Assembly: GCA_041746575.1 (NCBI GenBank)
Contig: JBGTGT010000032.1
Location: 1 to 33,289, forward strand
DNA from: Microcystaceae cyanobacterium
GTDB taxonomy: Bacteria; Cyanobacteriota; Cyanobacteriia; Cyanobacteriales; Microcystaceae
Direction of reading: 5' to 3'
Length of the DNA: 33,289 nucleotides
The notes under the pieces are model-generated. The model worked only from the letters and a program-made list of their open reading frames with translations. It ran no database searches and was not told the DNA's origin. The stretch's first letter is position 1. Each line of letters begins with the position of its first letter. Made by a program: the position numbers and the translations under genes. Below are positions 27,654-33,289 of this stretch, piece by piece.

Positions 27654-28847
27654 TCACGATAGCTTTTCAAACAATGCCGTTAACACAACGTTAGAAAAGA
27701 GAAATCCTTCGGGACGGGTTAATGCTATATGGCTTGATTCGTTGAAATTAAGTTTATCGGGCGTCATTATAACCCATTTTTGCTCAATATAAGGTTTTAA
27801 AATCTCTAATATCTTTTTAGGCATATTTTCGCCAAATTGTTCTTTAATTTTTGTTAAGGCAATTCCTTCTTTTAAGCGTAATCCTAACATTAAGGTTTCT
27901 AATAAAAAATCAGTTGAGGTCAAGGGAGGCGTATCGATTACACTCTGATTTTGTACCCATTCTGCATAGCTTTGACGAGTATGAGGACGTTTGAAGCGAC
28001 TGCCGTTAATATAGCTCGTTGCGCCCATTCCAAAGCCATAAAACGGTTTATTTTGCCAATATATCCGATTATGACGACACTGATAACTGGGTTTAGCGTA
28101 GTTAGAAATTTCATAATGTTCGTATCCAGCCTCCTGCAAGATTTGAGAAGCAAGACGGTACATATCGGCAGTGGTATCATCGTCAGGAAGAGGGGTATTT
28201 CCGGGTTGATATTGTTTGCCGAAAACGGTGACGGGTTCTAGCACTAAATCGTAGCAGGAAAGATGAACAGGAGATAAAGCGATCGCCTGTTTTAAGGAAT
28301 CTTCCCAATGGCTTAACGTTTGGTGGGGTAAACCCGAAATTAAATCTAAACTAAAGTTAGTAATATTTAATTGATGCAGGGTATCGACGGCGGCGAAAAT
28401 ATCGTGAGCTTGATGCCAACGACCACACATTTTTAAGAGTTCATCTTGAAAAGCTTGTGCACCTAAACTAAAGCGATTAACGCCTAAGTGATCATAGCCT
28501 TTTAGTTGTTCAAAAGTAAAGGTTGCGGGATCAATTTCCATTGAAATTTCAGCATTTTTGTCAATTTCAAACGTTTTCTCAAGGGTCTCTAAAATTTTAT
28601 CCAATGCTTTAACGGGCAATAATGAGGGTGTACCTCCACCAAAGAATAGGGTTTTTAAGGGGGTTGACGATGGGGATGTTAAACGGATTTCTTGACAGAG
28701 AATTTCAACATAATCTTTAATCATTGTTGAGGTATTAATATCGGTTTTACCGCCTAATACAGCAATAGGAAAGTCACAATAAAAACAGCGACGGCGACAA
28801 AAGGGGATATGAATATAGACGGCAGTCGGAAGGGAAATATTCAACAT
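27654..28847 (-). CDS. hemW: Radical SAM heme chaperone HemW (HemN-like)
   Basis: YIHIPFCRRRCFYCDF, FGGGTPS, HYEISNYA, HNRIYW. Confidence 0.9.
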   Translation of the reverse strand: MLNISLPTAVYIHIPFCRRRCFYCDFPIAVLGGKTDINTSTMIKDYVEILCQEIRLTSPSSTPLKTLFFGGGTPSLLPVKALDKILETLEKTFEIDKNAEISMEIDPATFTFEQLKGYDHLGVNRFSLGAQAFQDELLKMCGRWHQAHDIFAAVDTLHQLNITNFSLDLISGLPHQTLSHWEDSLKQAIALSPVHLSCYDLVLEPVTVFGKQYQPGNTPLPDDDTTADMYRLASQILQEAGYEHYEISNYAKPSYQCRHNRIYWQNKPFYGFGMGATSYINGSRFKRPHTRQSYAEWVQNQSVIDTPPLTSTDFLLETLMLGLRLKEGIALTKIKEQFGENMPKKILEILKPYIEQKWVIMTPDKLNFNESSHIALTRPEGFLFSNVVLTALFEKLS

Positions 28848-28891
28848 TTTTATGGGTTTAAAAGATAAAGCGATAAGTTATGATTTAGAAT

Positions 28892-29935
28892 TCACTTTTT
28901 TGTAATATTTTTAATGCGATGATTTGAATTGATTTCTATAATTAAATCTGTCTGAGGATGGTGCGTTAAAGGGGTAATAAACAATTCAGGATGTAAGGAT
29001 TGCCAAAAATAAGCTACGAATTGCTCAATTTCTACCTCGCTCATGCCTTGTTTCCCCTTCGATTTCATTTCTTCTTCTGCTCGTTGACGCCATTGTTTAC
29101 TCCAATGATAATCAGTAGGATACAGCACCATTAATGAATCCAACGCTTGCCAAAGGGGAAGATATTCCTGTAAATCCTCGTTGATTTTTATGGCATAATC
29201 TAGATTAATTTCTTTTAAAATCGCTTTGGGAAGATGATTAAATTGATCACGATGAATCGGACGAACCCCGACAAACCATCCTTCAAATAATAATATATCG
29301 AGATTTTCTACAATTTGTGGCTCAATCTGTTGTCCTTGCCCCCTATTCTGAGATTTATCGAAGCGAGGAATCAATAGAGGTTTTTGATTGTTTTTGATTT
29401 GTTCGAGTAAGTCAATTCCTTTTTCGATATTATGGGTTTTGGGTGCGCCTCTGTAATGATAACGGGGATCATTGGGGGGAAATTTGGCTTGTCTCTCTTC
29501 AGGATTTAAGTAAAGATCATCAATAGACAAACTTAGCGCAGAATAGCCTAAATGTTGTAAAATAAGAATGAGAATTGAGCATAATGTTGTTTTGCCGACG
29601 CCTTGTCCTCCTAAAATTCCTTGAATAAAAGGACGATTAATTTCTGAGCGTTTTTCTGCCAATTGTAATCCCAAAGGTAACCATAATTGCCATAAGGTGA
29701 TTAAATTGTCTTGGGAATTATTCAACCCTTGTTTCTGGCATTCTTGACTGACGATTGGATAAAGAGATTGAAATAATGCTAAATGTTGTTGTCGTTTTTG
29801 TATTTCCTCGTCCTCGTTAATTCCCAAAGGATAGATTGAATCCGATTCGAGTTCTAAGCGTAATAATTTGGCAATTTCGTCAGTTTTAGGCAGTTTTCCT
29901 TGACTCCATTGACTGAGAATTTCTAAACGACTCAT
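28892..29935 (-). CDS. D-glycerate 3-kinase (plant GLYK type)
   Basis: Walker A GGQGVGKT, SIDDLYL, RGAPKTH, PRFDKS, LFEGWFVG, WR..AE. Confidence 0.82.
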   Translation of the reverse strand: MSRLEILSQWSQGKLPKTDEIAKLLRLELESDSIYPLGINEDEEIQKRQQHLALFQSLYPIVSQECQKQGLNNSQDNLITLWQLWLPLGLQLAEKRSEINRPFIQGILGGQGVGKTTLCSILILILQHLGYSALSLSIDDLYLNPEERQAKFPPNDPRYHYRGAPKTHNIEKGIDLLEQIKNNQKPLLIPRFDKSQNRGQGQQIEPQIVENLDILLFEGWFVGVRPIHRDQFNHLPKAILKEINLDYAIKINEDLQEYLPLWQALDSLMVLYPTDYHWSKQWRQRAEEEMKSKGKQGMSEVEIEQFVAYFWQSLHPELFITPLTHHPQTDLIIEINSNHRIKNITKK

Positions 29936-30063
29936 GGCTTTTCAAAAAAAAATAATAATACGTGATTAGTTATTCTGACGCTTGATTTTTTTTATATTTT
30001 GAGTTTGTCTAGATATCTCTCCTTTAAAATTAAATTAAAATCCTTCCTTCTTCTTTGATAATA

Positions 30064-31062
30064 ATGAAAAATTCTGCAACGATGTCAGATCCCTTGAATC
30101 AAATCTTACGACTAAGTATCGCTGACTTTAGTAAAATTAACCCTTGGCGAGGATTCTTGCGCTTTTCTTTATTAGGATTACTCTTTATCGGTTTAATTAG
30201 TTCTGCTTGGTTAATTCCTCATTTTCTCACCTTTATTTTATTGACGCTCTTGGCAGGAATGGTCTATGCGTTTTGGTTAGTCTGTACCCACGATATGACC
30301 CATCATACCTTAACAGGTTGGGTATGGTTTGATGAATTTTTTGCTCGTTTAATTTCATGGCCGATGTTTTGGCCATACGGAACTTACTCAGAGCTACACT
30401 TACTACACCATGCTTGGAATGGCATTGATTTACGAGATCCGGAGCGGGTACAATGGACGGCCGATGACTATGATCAAGGGAATCGTTGGTTACGTTGGTA
30501 TATTCGTCATCAAGGGTTAATCGATATTTTTCTTTGGGGGGGATCAGGGTTAATCCTTAAAACTTTGAGGAAGGGATTTCAGTTACGTTCTTTTCGTCGC
30601 CATCTTCCTTTACAAATGGTTTTAGATATAACAGGAATGATGGTCATTCATAGTGTTTTTTTGATAGTAGCTCTTTATTGTCACGTCTTTTGGCAATATT
30701 TATTATTTTGGTTTTTATTAGAGAGAATGATTGGTATAATTATTCAAGTCAGAGATCACTTAGAGCATTATGGAAAATGGCAAGAATCCCAAGGATATTT
30801 ATTGACTCAACTCTATGCTACTCGTAATTTAAAGGTCAATTTCCTTATGCAGTGGTTAATGGGAGGATTACCCTATCATAGTGTGCATCACGCTTTTCCC
30901 CATCTACCTTTCTATCAATTACCGCTTGCTTTCCATTCTATTCAAACTATCTTAAAAAACCATCAATTACCGTTAATGGAAATGGGTCAAGGATATTTCA
31001 AAGAAACGCTCATTTTGTGTCAAAATTATACCCTCATTGAGTCAATTGACGAGACTTCCTAA
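30064..31062 (+). CDS. Membrane fatty acid desaturase family protein
   Basis: His boxes HDMTHH, HLLHH and YHSVHH plus EH; TM segments; start uncertain (30055/30064/30082). Confidence 0.88.
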   Translation: MKNSATMSDPLNQILRLSIADFSKINPWRGFLRFSLLGLLFIGLISSAWLIPHFLTFILLTLLAGMVYAFWLVCTHDMTHHTLTGWVWFDEFFARLISWPMFWPYGTYSELHLLHHAWNGIDLRDPERVQWTADDYDQGNRWLRWYIRHQGLIDIFLWGGSGLILKTLRKGFQLRSFRRHLPLQMVLDITGMMVIHSVFLIVALYCHVFWQYLLFWFLLERMIGIIIQVRDHLEHYGKWQESQGYLLTQLYATRNLKVNFLMQWLMGGLPYHSVHHAFPHLPFYQLPLAFHSIQTILKNHQLPLMEMGQGYFKETLILCQNYTLIESIDETS

Positions 31063-31116
31063 CTTACTTAAACTCGCTTAAACTAGAAATAATTACCCTC
31101 ACCAAAACTTAAAATA

Positions 31117-31467
31117 ATGACTGATTCTGCTGTGAATACCGCTTCAAAGGATGTTTCTTATTCCCACTCCCACGGCGATAACCACACCCATTCTCATGTT
31201 CACAGTGACGCCTCCTTGAAACAAATCGTTAACCGATTATCTCGCATAGAAGGACATATTCGAGGGATTAAAACGATGGTTACGGAAAGTCGTCCTTGTC
31301 CTGAGGTTTTGATTCAAATTGCGGCAGTTAGGGGTGCGATAGACCGAGTGGCACGCTTAATTTTAGATGAACACTTAAATGAATGTGTGGCTAGAGCCGC
31401 TCAAGAGGGTAATATTGAGGAGGAACTCGCAGAATTAAAAGCGGCCTTAGACCGTTTTTTGCCTTAG
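31117..31467 (+). CDS. inrS: CsoR/RcnR family metal-sensing repressor (InrS-like)
   Basis: His-rich N-terminus, NRLSRIEGHIRGI, CPEVLIQIAAV, EHLNEC. Confidence 0.82.
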   Translation: MTDSAVNTASKDVSYSHSHGDNHTHSHVHSDASLKQIVNRLSRIEGHIRGIKTMVTESRPCPEVLIQIAAVRGAIDRVARLILDEHLNECVARAAQEGNIEEELAELKAALDRFLP

Positions 31468-31844
31468 ACTTGTACTAGCTTCTTCTTAAGCCAAATGTCT
31501 TCCTTGGCGTGGAGATAAAGGGGATCTCGTTCTAAAGCGATCGCTTTGCCATAGGATTCGATAGCATTACCATAAGCTCCCATTTCAGCAAACAAAAGAC
31601 CCCGATTGAACCACGCTTGATGGTATTCGGGTTTTAGGGTTACGGCGCGCTCATAAGCTCCTAATGCTTCTGCGTAGCGTTGCATCATACTAAAAACATT
31701 ACCCCGATGATTCCATGCTGGGGGATAATGAGGATCAATGGCAATGGCTTGATCTAAAGCTACCATCGCTTCACCATAATTTTCTTGTTCGCAATGTTGA
31801 CAGGCAAGCGTAACTAAAGATTCGGGGTTAGAAGAGTCTTTCAT
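31464..31844 (-). CDS. Tetratricopeptide repeat protein
   Basis: Three TPR units (AWNHRG, AWFNRG). Confidence 0.88.
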   Translation of the reverse strand: MKDSSNPESLVTLACQHCEQENYGEAMVALDQAIAIDPHYPPAWNHRGNVFSMMQRYAEALGAYERAVTLKPEYHQAWFNRGLLFAEMGAYGNAIESYGKAIALERDPLYLHAKEDIWLKKKLVQV

Positions 31845-32168
31845 AGAATTAGTGGGATGTATTGTAACTTTTTCATTGTCTCTTGGGGTTTAAGGAAACG
31901 ACAAGGGAGATTTCTTCACCTTTTAAGGTTCGGTTTGAAGGGAGTATAAACGGGGTTAATCCAAGGTACCTTAAGCGATTTAAGGATAAAAAGGGGTTAA
32001 AGCGATCGCTAATTTTAAATATTTAGTGGTAAAGGCGTTTATTGAGCAATATTTTCGAGAAATTCTCATTGCTTATTACGTTCTGTTAAATCCTAAAACT
32101 TATCCCTTTGTTCATCGAACAACGAGGGCATACTAAAAAGATATTTGCACCTTTGTTCAATAATCCTC

Positions 32169-33093
32169 ATGTTAGCAAAAATTCCCGAAAAAACGATGCA
32201 CTTCGTCCGTTGGTGTCTCACTGTCGGTTGGTTACTCCTAATTTTCTCCCTCTTTTATGATCCTATTTCTCCGATTTTTACCCATCCTGACAGTACATGG
32301 AGTCCTTTTCGGGTTAATCCAGACGTTTGTATTTTGGTGCAAGGGGAATGCGTCTCTCCTCAAGCGTACCCGATGGGAGCATCTTTATTTTGGGGTTTCA
32401 TTATCCCCATGGGGATTTTTGTCTTATTGGTCTTTTGCCACGAATTTTGGCGAAGAATCTGTCCTCTGAGCTTTTTATCGCAAATTCCCCGCGCTTTAGG
32501 CAAGCAAAGACAAATTAAACACACCCATCCTAAAACCGGCCAAGTTAGAACGGAATTAGCCAAAGTTAAGAATGATTCTTGGTTAGGAATCAATCACACC
32601 TATTTACAGTTTGGGTTACTTTATATAGGTGTCAGCGGGCGACTGTTATTTTATGATTCTCATCGTTTGGTTTTAGGGTGTTTTTTGTTATTTACCATTG
32701 CTTCTGCTATATTTATCGGTTATTTCTGTGCAGGGAAGTCTTGGTGTCAATATTTCTTGTCCAATGGCGCCGGTACAGTTATTTTATGCTGAGCCAAGAG
32801 GATTAATCACCAGTATTGCGCATCAAGGGGACAAAGCAACGATTACTCAATCGATGTGTCGTCGGATGACACCCGAAGGCAAAGAGCAAAGTGCTTGTGT
32901 CGCTTGTCAGAGTCCTTGTGTGGATATTGACGCAGAACAGTCTTATTAGGAGCATTTAAAGCGAAAAGATTACCGTTTTCTCTATTAAGGTTATGCGGGA
33001 TTAGCGATCGGTCATTTTCTCTGTTATTATCTCTATGCAGGAAACTGGGATCGTTTACTTTCAGGTGCATGGTCAAGACAAGAAAATCAGTTA
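32169..33093 (+). pseudogene. Pseudogene of a 4Fe-4S-binding polytopic membrane protein
   Basis: HEFWRRICPLSF, WCQYF/CPMAP, CVACQSPC; +1 frameshift near 32757; in-frame TAG 32947 and TAA 32986; reading continues to AGNWD...GAWSRQENQL and then breaks off. Confidence 0.85.
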
Positions 33094-33099
33094 AATTAC

Positions 33100-33289
33100 A
33101 CTACCATAAAGAGAATTCCCGAAAAGACCCTGAAACAATTGAAAAAAGAAAGAAAGAAATAGCTGAGATGTTAAGTAGAATGAAACCGCTAATTTAATTG
33201 AGTCAGGAGAATGGGTAGCGTATGTTTTAGATGAATGTCATCTTCAAGGAGATGAGATTTGTGGATACCTTTGGGGAGATACCCAGAAT
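33100..33289 (+). mobile_element. IS630-family transposase remnant (internal fragment, frameshifted, runs off the window)
   Basis: HKENSRKDPETIEKRKKEIAEML...IESGEWVAYVLDECHLQGDEICGYLWG includes the first DDE Asp motif typical of cyanobacterial IS630. Confidence 0.8.

Noticed and set aside
2712..33076. Remaining short (60-130 aa) ORFs nested in or antisense to called genes
   Set aside because: Shadow ORFs of well-supported CDSs; 32698-32949 is part of the pseudogene

Overview
Cyanobacterial chromosomal segment, probably from a unicellular Chroococcales-type organism (15 HIP1 GCGATCGC sites counted by eye, plus ycf39, InrS-like and PEP-CTERM genes). Left to right: (i) a six-gene minus-strand cluster (2x TVP38/TMEM64 DedA-family, homocysteine S-methyltransferase family, MerA-like flavoprotein without the MerA cysteine pair, exported tandem rhodanese, DUF547 lipoprotein), a candidate envelope thiol/metalloid (Se/As) system; (ii) a LivJ-like binding protein; (iii) a ~3.6 kb decayed plasmid-like island (~8300-11908) with a frameshifted orphan, a Zn-finger orphan, a tyrosine recombinase with a candidate core site, a small coiled-coil/TM protein, CCGACA repeats, an excisionase-type HTH and an SF3 helicase/primase fragment missing from the ORF track; (iv) a PEP-CTERM PhoX phosphatase; (v) a long housekeeping stretch (argD, YraN, PP2C, DHH, dapB, nadK, ycf39, FKBP, hemW, glycerate kinase, desaturase, InrS); (vi) a ferredoxin-type membrane protein pseudogene joined to an IS630 remnant at the right edge. 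No rRNA, tRNA or CRISPR array seen. All family calls come from motif recognition; no database searches were run.
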